32,000 nt of DNA from Eikenella corrodens (lineage in GTDB: Bacteria; Pseudomonadota; Gammaproteobacteria; Burkholderiales; Neisseriaceae), in NCBI RefSeq assembly GCF_003990355.1, contig NZ_CP034670.1, positions 1,396,690-1,428,689 of the forward strand, written 5' to 3'. How positions within the stretch are numbered: the first letter of the stretch is position 1; every line of letters begins with the position of its first letter. The position numbers and the translations under genes were made by a program. The notes below the pieces were generated by a model. The model was not told the origin of the DNA. It made no database searches and worked only from the letters and a program-made list of their open reading frames with translations. Positions 21,927 through 32,000 of this stretch are shown here, one piece after another.

Positions 21927-23021
21927 ATGCCCCAATTCTCCCCCGCCGACCACGCCCTGATGCAGCAAGCCATTGCCCTTGCCCGGCAAGGCCGTTTTTC
22001 CACTTCGCCCAATCCGCGCGTCGGCTGCGTGATTGCGCAGGGCGGGCAGATTGTCGGCCAAGGTTTCCACCTCAAGGCCGGCGAGCCGCATGCCGAAGTG
22101 CACGCCCTGCGTCAGGCCGACAGCGCCGCGCAAAGCGCCACCGCCTACGTTACCCTCGAGCCCTGCGCCCACCACGGCCGCACCCCGCCCTGCGCCGAAG
22201 CCCTGATCCGTGCCGGCGTGCGCCGCGTGGTGGCCGCCATGCAAGACCCCAACCCCCTGGTGGCGGGCAAAGGGCTGGCTATGCTTGAAGCCGCCGGTAT
22301 TCAGGTAGCCTGCGGCCTGATGGAACGAGAAGCACGGCAGCTCAACCGCGGCTTTCTCTCCCGCATCGAACGCGGCCGCCCGTTTGTGAAGCTGAAAACC
22401 GCCGCCAGCCTCGACGGCAAAACCGCGCTTGCCAACGGCCAAAGCCAATGGATTACCGGCGAAGCCGCGCGGCACGACGTGCAAATCCAGCGCGCCGAAA
22501 GCTGCGCCGTGCTCACCGGCATCGGCACCGTCCTGGCCGACAACCCGCGCCTCACCGTGCGCGACTTCCCCACCCTGCGTCCCCCGCTGCGCGTGCTGCT
22601 CGACAGCCGTCTGCGCCTACCCGCCGGCAGCCATTTGCTCGACGGTAGCGCCCCCACGCTCATCTACACCTTATCCGACCGCCCAGCACCCGACGGAGCG
22701 GCTGAAATCTGCCGTTTGCAGGCCGATGCCCAAGGCCGCCTCAGCCTGCATGCTGTGCTGGCCGATTTGGCCGCGCGCGGCATCGGCGAGCTGATGCTTG
22801 AAGCCGGTGCCACGCTGGGCAGCGCGTTTTTGGCGCAGGATTTGGTGGACGAAATCATTTGTTACCAAGCGCCCAAACTGCTCGGCGGCACACAGTCGCC
22901 CACCCTGTTCAGGCTACCTGAAAACCCCGCCGCCCTCAGCCGCGAGCCCGATTGGCACACCGTGAGCATCGAGCAGCTGGGCGACGACATAAAATGGGTG
23001 CTGCAACGACGGCGCGGCTAA
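21927..23021 (+). CDS. ribD: Bifunctional riboflavin biosynthesis protein RibD (deaminase/reductase)
   Basis: Carries HAEVHAL ... TLEPCAHHGRTPPC, the CMP/dCMP-type deaminase zinc motif. The C-terminal half is a RibD reductase domain. Confidence 0.9.
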   Translation: MPQFSPADHALMQQAIALARQGRFSTSPNPRVGCVIAQGGQIVGQGFHLKAGEPHAEVHALRQADSAAQSATAYVTLEPCAHHGRTPPCAEALIRAGVRRVVAAMQDPNPLVAGKGLAMLEAAGIQVACGLMEREARQLNRGFLSRIERGRPFVKLKTAASLDGKTALANGQSQWITGEAARHDVQIQRAESCAVLTGIGTVLADNPRLTVRDFPTLRPPLRVLLDSRLRLPAGSHLLDGSAPTLIYTLSDRPAPDGAAEICRLQADAQGRLSLHAVLADLAARGIGELMLEAGATLGSAFLAQDLVDEIICYQAPKLLGGTQSPTLFRLPENPAALSREPDWHTVSIEQLGDDIKWVLQRRRG

Positions 23022-23173
23022 GTATCTGCACATCTTCCCATCTCCGGCTTTCATTTTCCTGCCAGGCAAACCTGCGGTCGGTTTCGTTGCCAAACAATCC
23101 CACCGCCTGCTGAGGAAGAACAGATTGGCAGCACAAAACAGCTTCTTCTCTGAGGCTACCTGAAAGCGCTAAG

Positions 23174-23212
23174 AGGCTACCTGAAAAAGAATTTCCACTT
23201 TTCAGGTAGCCT
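23174..23212 (+). terminator. DUS inverted-pair hairpin downstream of ribD
   Basis: Forward DUS at 23174..23185 and inverted DUS at 23201..23212, followed by cttttggttttt. An extra single DUS lies at 23153..23164. Confidence 0.6.
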
Positions 23213-23392
23213 CTTTTGGTTTTTCACACATAGGCAAAATACCCCCGGTGTTGCTGCCGTACTTCCTCTTCCCCCACTGTTGGCGTAAACCAAGCGAATT
23301 TTTGCAGCACTGTTGTTTTGCCCTGCCGTCATCCCATGCTGTTTGCCGTATGCCGCTTATTCCGTAATTTCCATATATCCGAAAACACCGAG

Positions 23393-23432
23393 AGGCTACC
23401 TGAAAAACGAATGTCCATTTTTCAGGTAGCCT
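23393..23432. repeat. DUS inverted pair downstream of the DUF58 gene
   Basis: Forward DUS at 23393..23404 and inverted DUS at 23421..23432. There is no clear U-tract for the minus strand. Confidence 0.6.
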
Positions 23433-23455
23433 CTGGTATTTTCGGGCACTCCCCA

Positions 23456-24799
23456 TTACCACGCCTGGCGGCGTTTGAGCTGGAGGTAGCGGTTGATGAG
23501 TTCGGTGCTCAGTTGGTTGGGCAAAACATTGATGGCGTTGATGCGGGCGGCATCGAAGTGGCGGATGGCTTCGGCCACGTGGCTTTCGTATTGCAGGGCG
23601 CCGAGGTAGGCTTGGGCGTCTGCTTCGTTGCGCACGGGCTGTTGGCGCACTTCTTCGGGGGCAAGCGGGCGCAGGCCGCCGAATAAAACCATGTGGTGTT
23701 TGCGCAGGCGCTGGATGTGTTGCAGCAGGTGGCGGCTGTCTTCGTGGTTCAGGTGGGAGAGCACCACCACGAGGGCGCGGCGTTTCTGCTTTTGCAGCAA
23801 TAAGTTCACAGCGCTTTCAAAATCGGCAGCCTGCTGCGAGGGCTCGATATCGAACACGCCCTGCACCAGGCGGCCGAGCTGCTCCATGCCCTTGTGCGGC
23901 GGCACGAAGCGGGCCACGGGATGGGCGAAGGTGAGCAGGCCGACGGCGTCGCCGTGCTTGAGCGCGGTGTAGGAAAGCAGCAGCATGGCCTGCAGGGCAT
24001 GGTCGAAATGGCTTTTGCCTTCCATTTGCAGGCGCATATTGCGGCCGCAGTCGAGCAGGAAGATGAGCTGTTGGTCTTGCTCGTCTTGATAGGTGCGCAC
24101 GATGGGGCGGCTCATGCGGGAGGTGGCTTTCCAGTCGATATTGCGGATGTCGTCGCCGTCTTGGTAGTCGCGCAGCTGGTGGAAGTCTTGGCCGAGGCCT
24201 AGGCGCGGCAGTTTTTTCACGCCCACGAGGTTGAGCCAGCGTTGCAGGCCGATTAAATCGGCACCGAGGATGCGGCTGAAATCGGGCAGCACGTCCACTT
24301 TGCCGGGCAGCTCCTGCCGATGCCGCCGCTGCCACAGGCCGAGCGGGCTGGCGAGCCAGTATTCGATGCCGGCAAATTCGGCACGGCCGCGCCGGCGCGG
24401 GGTGAGCCGGTAGCGGATGGTGGAAAGGCGGCCGGGCAGCGTGTCGATAATCAGGTGCGGGGTGTCGGTGTCCCAGTCGGGCGGAAACAGGTCGGCCACC
24501 AGGATGGTTTGCGGCTGCCGCCAGCGGCCTTTGGCAGGCGGGGTGAGCGTGAGCTCCACTTCGTGCGGCCGGCCTTGGATAAACTGATGCGGCAGGCTGC
24601 GCTCCCAGTTCGGCTCGGGCTGGCGGCGCTGCCAGAAGGCATCAACCAGCGCGGCCAGGGCGAGCAGGAGGGCGAGGCCGCCGGCGATGTATTGGACGAT
24701 GCGGCCGTTATCTGCATTCAGGTAGCCTGCCAGCCAGCCGGCGGTGCACACGGCAACGAGGGCGGCAAACAGCAGCACCAGCAGTCTGGATGGTCTCAT
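23456..24799 (-). CDS. DUF58-family protein (vWA-like domain), partner of the MoxR ATPase
   Basis: 447 aa with N-terminal TM helices and a central DDIRNIDWKATSR ... LIFLLDCGRNM block typical of DUF58. It sits immediately downstream of moxR. Confidence 0.75.
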   Translation of the reverse strand: MRPSRLLVLLFAALVAVCTAGWLAGYLNADNGRIVQYIAGGLALLLALAALVDAFWQRRQPEPNWERSLPHQFIQGRPHEVELTLTPPAKGRWRQPQTILVADLFPPDWDTDTPHLIIDTLPGRLSTIRYRLTPRRRGRAEFAGIEYWLASPLGLWQRRHRQELPGKVDVLPDFSRILGADLIGLQRWLNLVGVKKLPRLGLGQDFHQLRDYQDGDDIRNIDWKATSRMSRPIVRTYQDEQDQQLIFLLDCGRNMRLQMEGKSHFDHALQAMLLLSYTALKHGDAVGLLTFAHPVARFVPPHKGMEQLGRLVQGVFDIEPSQQAADFESAVNLLLQKQKRRALVVVLSHLNHEDSRHLLQHIQRLRKHHMVLFGGLRPLAPEEVRQQPVRNEADAQAYLGALQYESHVAEAIRHFDAARINAINVLPNQLSTELINRYLQLKRRQAW

Positions 24800-24808
24800 G
24801 GGCAGGCC

Positions 24809-25831
<1,023 letters not shown>

Positions 25832-25864
25832 TGTGTGTTTCGTTGGTTAATCGGAGGTTTGGGT

Positions 25865-25954
25865 TTCAGCTAGCCTGCGGTTTGGAAAAGGCTACCTGAA
25901 AAATAGGTTGGTTCGGGCTACCTGAAACATGGTGCTCATCTTTTCAGGTAGCCT
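25865..25954. repeat. Cluster of four DUS / DUS-like copies forming two hairpins inside the operon
   Basis: ttcagCtagcct at 25865, aggctacctgaa at 25889, Gggctacctgaa at 25915 and ttcaggtagcct at 25943. Capital letters mark the deviating bases. Confidence 0.7.
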
Positions 25955-25963
25955 TCAACCACG

Positions 25964-27331
25964 CTAATACCACGAGCGGTTTATCTTATGCACGATGCGC
26001 TGGTGGGCGGCGATCATTTGCAGCCACTCCACCAAATTGACCTGTTCCGGTAGGGGTCGTAGCCAGGGTTCGACCACGGAGGGCGGCAGTTTGGTTTGGG
26101 CGCACAAAAACTCCAGCTGTTTGCGGCTGCCCATCTGCTTCCAGGCCGGGTGGCGCTGTTGCAGGGCTTCGAGCAGGCGGCGCTGCATATCGCTGAGGAT
26201 GGCGCGGCGGCTCAGGTGGCGGGTGAGGAACTGGCCTTGTGCGAGCAGGTGCTGGTTCAGGTAGCGCTCCGGCGCAGGCGGCAGTTGTTGCACCACGCCC
26301 ACGCGGACGATGATGCGCCACAGCAATACGGCGGCAGCGACCAGCACAACGGCAAACAGTATGGGCTGGGCTTTCAGCATTTTCCACAGCATCGGCTCGG
26401 CGTCGTTATAGCTGGACGGGTAAACCTTCTCGGCCAGCAAGATGCCGTCTTTCCCTTGAGCCAGATAAACGGCAAGGTAGGGGTGGTCGTAGAGGGCGAG
26501 GTGGTTGCGGTCGATATCGGGGCTGCTCGGGTTGCCCAGCCAGTTTTCGTTCCAAGTGAGCAATACGCTGCCATTGCCGTAACGCACACGGATGGTCTGC
26601 ACGGCGCCGTAGGCATTTTTACCTTGGAACATCACCAGCTTGCCGTCTTTTGCCGCCCAGCCGTTGTCGGAGCTGTACTCAGAGCCGGTGAAGGTTTCAA
26701 TGGTGGCGCCCTCGGGCAGTTGGATGCTGCTCAAGCCGGCGTTGCAATGCTGGTCAATCTGCAAAGCAACTTCGTCGCCAACTTGGCGGGCGGCTTCGCG
26801 GCGCTGCTCGGCCGCCTTCACGCAGGCGGGCAGGTTAGGCAGGGTTTTGCCGTCGGTTTCCTCCAGTTCCACGGTGCCGACTTTCAACTGGCGCAGCATG
26901 GTTTGACGGAAGTTTTGCGTATCTTCATCATCTTCCGTCTCTTTTGATTTATCGTCTGCTTTCAGCGGATTGTCGCTGGCATAGCTGGGCAGTGCCATCA
27001 CCAGGTGGTTGCCGCGCCCCACCCATTCCAGCAGGCGTTCGGCATCTTCCTTATCCCGCATGCGGTTGTCGGCCACGATCAGCAGGCGGTTGTTATCGTA
27101 GGAATTGAGCTTTTCCAAGCCAAACATGCTGCGCTCATGTTGGATATTTTCCACGCCGTACCGGGTGAGCATGGTTTTCAGGGCGTAGAGCGAGCCTTCG
27201 CGCATTTCCTGCTGCGGATCGAGCGACTGCCAGGTTTTGCTTTCCTGCTTAGAAAGCCCGGCAACGGCAATCAGGCCGCCGATAAGCAATATGGCGGTCA
27301 GGCCGATGAGGATGGAACGAAGGTTTTTCAT
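25964..27331 (-). CDS. DUF4350-like membrane protein (two TM helices flanking a large extracytoplasmic domain)
   Basis: N-terminal TM ILIGLTAILLIGGLIAVAGL and a second TM ILFAVVLVAAAVLLWRIIV. ATGA overlap with the upstream gene. The family call rests on architecture and operon context. Confidence 0.6.
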   Translation of the reverse strand: MKNLRSILIGLTAILLIGGLIAVAGLSKQESKTWQSLDPQQEMREGSLYALKTMLTRYGVENIQHERSMFGLEKLNSYDNNRLLIVADNRMRDKEDAERLLEWVGRGNHLVMALPSYASDNPLKADDKSKETEDDEDTQNFRQTMLRQLKVGTVELEETDGKTLPNLPACVKAAEQRREAARQVGDEVALQIDQHCNAGLSSIQLPEGATIETFTGSEYSSDNGWAAKDGKLVMFQGKNAYGAVQTIRVRYGNGSVLLTWNENWLGNPSSPDIDRNHLALYDHPYLAVYLAQGKDGILLAEKVYPSSYNDAEPMLWKMLKAQPILFAVVLVAAAVLLWRIIVRVGVVQQLPPAPERYLNQHLLAQGQFLTRHLSRRAILSDMQRRLLEALQQRHPAWKQMGSRKQLEFLCAQTKLPPSVVEPWLRPLPEQVNLVEWLQMIAAHQRIVHKINRSWY

Positions 27332-28887
27332 GCCCTACCCTCCCCGGCGGCACGCAGGCTACCTGAAAATTCCTGTTCCCCGCCGGCGAACACTTGGCGG
27401 TATTGGCGGCACAGGCTGTGCACCGCTTCGCGTTTGGGCAGGCGGTGGGCATAGGCCAGCGCCACCCAGTTGTCGGTGAGCGGCTGCCAGTAGTCCAAAA
27501 GCTGAGGCTGGCGCTGACGCACGCGTTTGAGCACCTGGCCTTCGGTATCGCTGCTGCGCAGCGGCAGGCCGTGGCGGCGGCTGATTTGCGAGAGGCTGGC
27601 ACGGTAGAGCAGGCTCATGGCGGCGCGCGGATCGCGTTCGTATTCGGCCAACACGGTGGAAGCCACGTCTTTGGGCAGGCTCTCGGGCGTAATCTTCATG
27701 CCGAACAGGGTTTCCGGCACTTCTTCGCCTTGGTTCAAACCGAAACCGAAGCCGCCGTTGGCCCGATACCAACGGTATAAAATCCACAACACCAAGGCCA
27801 ACAATAGGACAATTAGGGCATACATCAGGCCGTTAAACCAACCTGGCGAAGGAGCCTTTATATCAGGCATATCCGGCAGGCTGCGCTGCTGTCGAGTGTT
27901 ATCTTCCTTGCCGCATTTGATCCAGCAGTATTCAGTTTGGGTTTTAATGCTTTGAAACGGCGCTTTGCGCAGGGTGTTATCACGGATTTGCTCCACCTTT
28001 TCCCGGCTGGGCAGTGGCTCGGCATGCAGGCTACCTGAAAAACCGAAGCCGATAAACACGGCCAGAGCCAAGGCCCATAAGGCGCTGCTGCTGCCCAACA
28101 GGCGGTCTTGGATTTTGCGGGCGGCCAGGCGGATATCCCAGCCTTCGGCCTTGGTGCGGGCGTTCAGATAAAGCGTGAAGCCGCAGGCCACATAAATCGG
28201 CCCCCAAAAGCACAGCAGCAGCACATAAATACCGTTGAGCAAATGCTGGAAAAGCATGCCCTGACCGGAAGAGACCAAAGTCTCAATCTGTTCTAAAGCC
28301 TCCATGGAGCGAGCCCCGCCAAACGGACCGGCTACGATGTTTTGCGTCGGATCGCCCACCCACAGCCAAAACAGCATCGAGAGCAGGCCGAAGGCAAGGA
28401 TAGACTCCAAATGGATGCCGAAAACCGCTAGCCAGCCGGCTGCACCGCCGCTTTGGCGCGATAATTCGTTGCAGCGGCGCTGGTAGGCCTTGCCGCTTAC
28501 CCCTTCCAACAGCGTAACCGGCAGCACCAAGCTGCGGCGCAGGCTGAACCGCCGCCAAGTCAGATCGCCAATCAGGCGCGGCCGCCACATCTGCCGAAAC
28601 GCCGTGCGTATGCATTTCCGGTATGGCGGCAGCGGCTCGAACACCTGCTGCGACATCAGCCACAGCACCGGCGCTTCGAATAACGGCTTGAGCCACCAAA
28701 CAAAAAAACCGCCCCATTCAGGCTGCTGCCAGCACAAAGCCAGCACCAGCGCATACACCGGCAGCGACAGGGTTGCCCATACCGCCATATACAGCGCCGG
28801 CCGCTCCTGAAACAGGCGCGTACCCAAATCTAAAGCCTCCCAGCCGCTGCGCGGGCGGAAATTGAGGCGGGTTTCCCAAATATTCAT
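27328..28887 (-). CDS. Polytopic membrane protein with a DUF4129-like C-terminal domain
   Basis: The track ORF runs to 28992. The ATG at 28887 (MNIWETRLNF) overlaps the upstream stop (ATGA). The C-terminal segment ...LLYRASLSQISRRHGLPLRSSDTEGQVL...ALAYAHRLP resembles DUF4129. Confidence 0.6.
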   Translation of the reverse strand: MNIWETRLNFRPRSGWEALDLGTRLFQERPALYMAVWATLSLPVYALVLALCWQQPEWGGFFVWWLKPLFEAPVLWLMSQQVFEPLPPYRKCIRTAFRQMWRPRLIGDLTWRRFSLRRSLVLPVTLLEGVSGKAYQRRCNELSRQSGGAAGWLAVFGIHLESILAFGLLSMLFWLWVGDPTQNIVAGPFGGARSMEALEQIETLVSSGQGMLFQHLLNGIYVLLLCFWGPIYVACGFTLYLNARTKAEGWDIRLAARKIQDRLLGSSSALWALALAVFIGFGFSGSLHAEPLPSREKVEQIRDNTLRKAPFQSIKTQTEYCWIKCGKEDNTRQQRSLPDMPDIKAPSPGWFNGLMYALIVLLLALVLWILYRWYRANGGFGFGLNQGEEVPETLFGMKITPESLPKDVASTVLAEYERDPRAAMSLLYRASLSQISRRHGLPLRSSDTEGQVLKRVRQRQPQLLDYWQPLTDNWVALAYAHRLPKREAVHSLCRQYRQVFAGGEQEFSGSLRAAGEGRA

Positions 28888-29864
28888 GCCGCCCTCCTGC
28901 CTGCATACAGCAGATAGGCATACACTAGAAGCCACATCACTATGGAAACAATATATTTTAAAATCATCGGAATACTGGTAATCGGCGACCAAAAGCCTTC
29001 AATAAACGCGGCAATAAACAGCATCAGGAAGCCGCCGTTCATCAGCCCCACCGCCTGTTTGCCCTGAATGCGCAAGGCATCGCGCCGCGACAAACCCTGC
29101 GGTTTGAGCAGCGCCAAGCCCAGCCGCAATCCGCCTGCCGCCGCCATCACGATACCGGTGAGCTCGAACGCGCCGTGCGCGCCCACAAACGAGAAAAAGG
29201 CCGGCCCGGCGGGGTCGCGGGTCATATAGCCCATTGCCCCGCCGATTAGCCAACCATTCATCACCGTAAGGTATGCCGTGCCCAAACCGAACAGAATGCC
29301 GCTGGCAAAACTTTGAAATGCAATGCCGATGTTGTTGAAAATATAGTAGCCCGCCATGGCAAAGTTCTGCCACGCTTCGCGGTTGGTGCCGTCGGCATAC
29401 TGCTCCATCATTTCTTTATAGTTCTCAGCCAACATCGGCCCCTGGTTCAGACCGCCGATTTTGTCCACGCTCTCCGGCACAAAAGCCGTGAGTAAAAAAG
29501 CCACGATAAACGGCAGGTAAAACAGCGCATGCGCTAGCCACACCAGTTTTTTCTCGCGCCGTACCAGCTGCGGGAAACCTTGCATTACGAAATCACGGAA
29601 GCGCACCCACAGCGATACCTGCTGCCCCACATACAAAAGCTGGTGCGCGCGTTCGCACAGATATTGCAGATAATCGGTAAGGCCGCCGGAATAGCAGCGG
29701 TCGGTGGCCACCGCCAAATGATGGCAAACCGTGCGGTAGTCCTGCATAAACAAAGCGGTTTTCTGCGCACTCAGGCTGCCGCGCCGTTTTTCCAGCTGCT
29801 GCAAATCCTGCTCGAACGTGCGCCAGAACGCCTGATGTTGTTCTTCAAAAAACAGTTGCCTCAC
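28884..29864 (-). CDS. SpoIIM-like (DUF95) integral membrane protein
   Basis: 326 aa with a cytoplasmic N-terminal helical region and then 5-6 TM helices. The GTG start overlaps the upstream TGA (GTGA). Confidence 0.6.
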   Translation of the reverse strand: MRQLFFEEQHQAFWRTFEQDLQQLEKRRGSLSAQKTALFMQDYRTVCHHLAVATDRCYSGGLTDYLQYLCERAHQLLYVGQQVSLWVRFRDFVMQGFPQLVRREKKLVWLAHALFYLPFIVAFLLTAFVPESVDKIGGLNQGPMLAENYKEMMEQYADGTNREAWQNFAMAGYYIFNNIGIAFQSFASGILFGLGTAYLTVMNGWLIGGAMGYMTRDPAGPAFFSFVGAHGAFELTGIVMAAAGGLRLGLALLKPQGLSRRDALRIQGKQAVGLMNGGFLMLFIAAFIEGFWSPITSIPMILKYIVSIVMWLLVYAYLLYAGRRAA

Positions 29865-30637
29865 GCCGCCTCCTTCCGCTGCTCACCGGCATAATATTTG
29901 GCCAAGCCCAAAATCAGCCGCTCGGCGCTGCGTTCGTCTTCCTGTTGGCCGAAAATCGCCCCCACCATCATTTGCGCCAATTCGCCGGTGCGCGCCGCGC
30001 TCAAATGGCGGCGGCGTTCCACAAAGCTCAAAATTGCCTGCTGCTCCTCACGCGTGAGCGCCACGGGCGGGGTAACCGCTTCGATATTGCCCAAATCCAT
30101 GCGCTCGGCCTGCCCGCGCGTTTTATCCACATACACCACCACTGTAGAAGCCATGATGTCGCCCAAGCGGCGGCCGTAGGGGTTGCACAGGCCGCAGATC
30201 ATGCCGATGCCGTAGAAAAAAGGCAGGCTGTCGAACACGCGCAGCAGGTTGCGCAGCAATGAAGCCGACCAGGAAATATGCGTGCCGTTGTCGTTGATCA
30301 CGCGCAGGCCGAAAATTTTCTTACCCGGCGTCTGCCCGTTCCAGCACACTTCGAACACCACGAAATACAGCCACAATGTGAAAAAAATATTCACAAACAG
30401 CAGGAAGAAAAACAAGCCTTTAACTGCACTGTTACCATCACCGTCGTTAACCGCACCGGAGAAGATAAAGCTGATCAACATAGAGGAAAGGATGATCCAA
30501 ATGCCGCGCAGGATGAAATCGACAAACCAGGCGCGCGAGCGGGCGAATACCGAAGCCGGACGCAGATAAATATCGATGGCTTCCGGCGTTTCCACTTTAA
30601 GCAGGGTGTCCAGTCGCGAGAGAATGGGTTCAGACAT
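29861..30637 (-). CDS. RDD-family membrane protein
   Basis: Carries RAWFVDFILRG ... GLRVINDNG ... RRLGDIMASTVVV (the R-D-D pattern) and 3 TM helices. The track ORF starts at a TTG (30715); the ATG at 30637 (MSEPILS) is the likelier start. Confidence 0.7.
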   Translation of the reverse strand: MSEPILSRLDTLLKVETPEAIDIYLRPASVFARSRAWFVDFILRGIWIILSSMLISFIFSGAVNDGDGNSAVKGLFFFLLFVNIFFTLWLYFVVFEVCWNGQTPGKKIFGLRVINDNGTHISWSASLLRNLLRVFDSLPFFYGIGMICGLCNPYGRRLGDIMASTVVVYVDKTRGQAERMDLGNIEAVTPPVALTREEQQAILSFVERRRHLSAARTGELAQMMVGAIFGQQEDERSAERLILGLAKYYAGEQRKEAA

Positions 30638-31022
30638 AATGAAAGGTTTGCCAAACGAAATGAACGATGAGACAAGAAAACGCCGAACTTTGCCCGAAAG
30701 ACGGGTGTTTGGCAAGCCCTAAGAAAAACAGAAATACGGCTACGGCTGATTTTCTTGTATGCAAGAGGCTACCTAAAAACAAAATGGCCGCCCTTCTGCA
30801 ATCTTAATAAAAGCAAACCAACACAACTTATTATTTTAGTGATACACCCATGTTTAACAGATAAACTGACATATTCTGCTAATAAACAACATTAAAATCA
30901 AACAATCTGCCCATTTTCCAGCCATTCGCCCGCAATTAACAAAATTTATCCGTTACACATCAAGACGGCGGCGGCTAAAACCATTATCATGCCGCCCTTT
31001 TAACCATTCTAAGGAAACACAC

Positions 31023-31454
31023 ATGGCATTACGCGACGAATTCAAAGCATTTATTATGCGCGGCAACGTAATCGACCTTGCTGTCGGTATGGTAGTCGGC
31101 ACCGCCTTCTCAGGCATCGTCAAATCATTGGTAGATGACGTGATCATGCCGCCCATCGGCCTGATTTTGGGCGGCGTAGACTTCTCCAACCTGTTCATCA
31201 CCCTGAAATCGGGCGCCAACGCCCCTGCCGACGGCTACGCCACTTTGGCCGCCGCACAGGCCGCCGGTGCGGTTACGCTCAACATCGGCCTCTTCATCAA
31301 CACCGTAATCAGCTTCCTGATCATTGCCACTGCCATCTTCGCCGTAATCAAAGGCATCAGCAAACTGCAAAAACCCGCTCCGGAAGAAGCTCCCGCCGAG
31401 CCTTCCGAAGAAATCCTGCTGTTGCGCGAAATCCGCGATTCGTTGAAAAAATAA
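31023..31454 (+). CDS. mscL: Large-conductance mechanosensitive channel MscL
   Basis: 143 aa reading [53 protein letters not shown]. Confidence 0.95.
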   Translation: MALRDEFKAFIMRGNVIDLAVGMVVGTAFSGIVKSLVDDVIMPPIGLILGGVDFSNLFITLKSGANAPADGYATLAAAQAAGAVTLNIGLFINTVISFLIIATAIFAVIKGISKLQKPAPEEAPAEPSEEILLLREIRDSLKK

Positions 31455-31472
31455 TCGCTATTACGATGCAAA

Positions 31473-31500
31473 AGGCTACCTGAAAATTTTCAGGTAGCCT
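31473..31500 (+). terminator. DUS inverted-pair hairpin terminator of mscL
   Basis: aggctacctgaa (31473..31484), loop aatt, ttcaggtagcct (31489..31500), then ttt. Confidence 0.7.
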
Positions 31501-31620
31501 TTACTCTTGCCATCGCACCCAATCATCCCAACCCCTTTTCTTAACTAGAAAGGCTACCTGAAAACGGGCTTGGCAAGATGGCTGCGAAGCCAAGAGTATC
31601 AAACGGCCTTTAGCCGCCAT

Positions 31621-32000
31621 TCAATCCGTTTCCCATTCCCGCAGCCAGCCGTTTGCCGCAAACGACACCGCCCGGTTGCCCGCCACGATAAAATGATCCA
31701 GCAGCCGCACGTCCAGCAGCGCCAACGCCTGCTGCAATTGTCGGGTAAAGGCCAGATCCGCCTCGGAAGGCTCGGCCGAGCCGCCGGGATGGTTGTGCGC
31801 GATAATCAGCGAAGCCGCATGATAGTGCAGGGCAAGTTTCGCCACTTCGCGGATATACACCGTGTTTTCCGCCACCGTGCCGCGCGACAGCTCCTGAAAG
31901 GCAATCAGCTTATGGCTGCTGCTCAACAGCATCGCCACGCTCACTTCCACCGGCTCGTGCGCCAGTTGCAGCACCAGATAATCAGCCACCGCATCGGGCG
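31621..32000 (-). CDS. radC: RadC-family JAB/MPN-domain protein, C-terminal part; the N-terminus lies beyond the window end
   Basis: The HNHPGGSAEPSEADLAFTRQL JAMM-type motif is present. The frame stays open to the window edge. Confidence 0.8.
   Translation of the reverse strand, partial: PDAVADYLVLQLAHEPVEVSVAMLLSSSHKLIAFQELSRGTVAENTVYIREVAKLALHYHAASLIIAHNHPGGSAEPSEADLAFTRQLQQALALLDVRLLDHFIVAGNRAVSFAANGWLREWETD

Overview
The window looks like a Neisseriaceae chromosome, most likely Eikenella. The 12-mer AGGCTACCTGAA occurs about 40 times. As I recall it, this is the AG-eikDUS uptake-sequence dialect. Most copies are inverted pairs that double as terminators.

Housekeeping content:
- rlmJ (partial)
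- a Sel1-repeat protein
- erpA
- glyA
- tldD
- fabI
- a YdgA/DUF945-like protein
- a hypothetical gene
- ruvB
- ribD
- a six-gene RDD / SpoIIM-like / DUF4129-like / DUF4350-like / MoxR / DUF58 operon
- mscL
- radC (partial)

Accessory content:
1. An IS1016-like insertion sequence (713 bp, 19-bp terminal inverted repeats). Its transposase carries one in-frame TGA. It is nested inside a Correia-like miniature element.
2. A 9.7-kb filamentous (Inovirus-type) prophage array between glyA and tldD.

The prophage unit is 6446 bp and is present as about 1.5 head-to-tail copies: 5626..8927 is repeated at 12072..15373. The right boundary is a near-consensus 28-bp dif site. The internal copy junction keeps an attP with the same XerC arm but no XerD arm. 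The left copy is cut inside the major coat gene, with no attL. The unit has no integrase, transposase or secretin gene. It carries a divergent regulatory and cargo module: an RHH protein, a TonB C-terminal-domain lipoprotein and an HTH protein.

All product calls rest on my own recognition of motifs in the translated ORFs; no searches were run. Hand-derived coordinates of small sites may be off by 1-2 nt.
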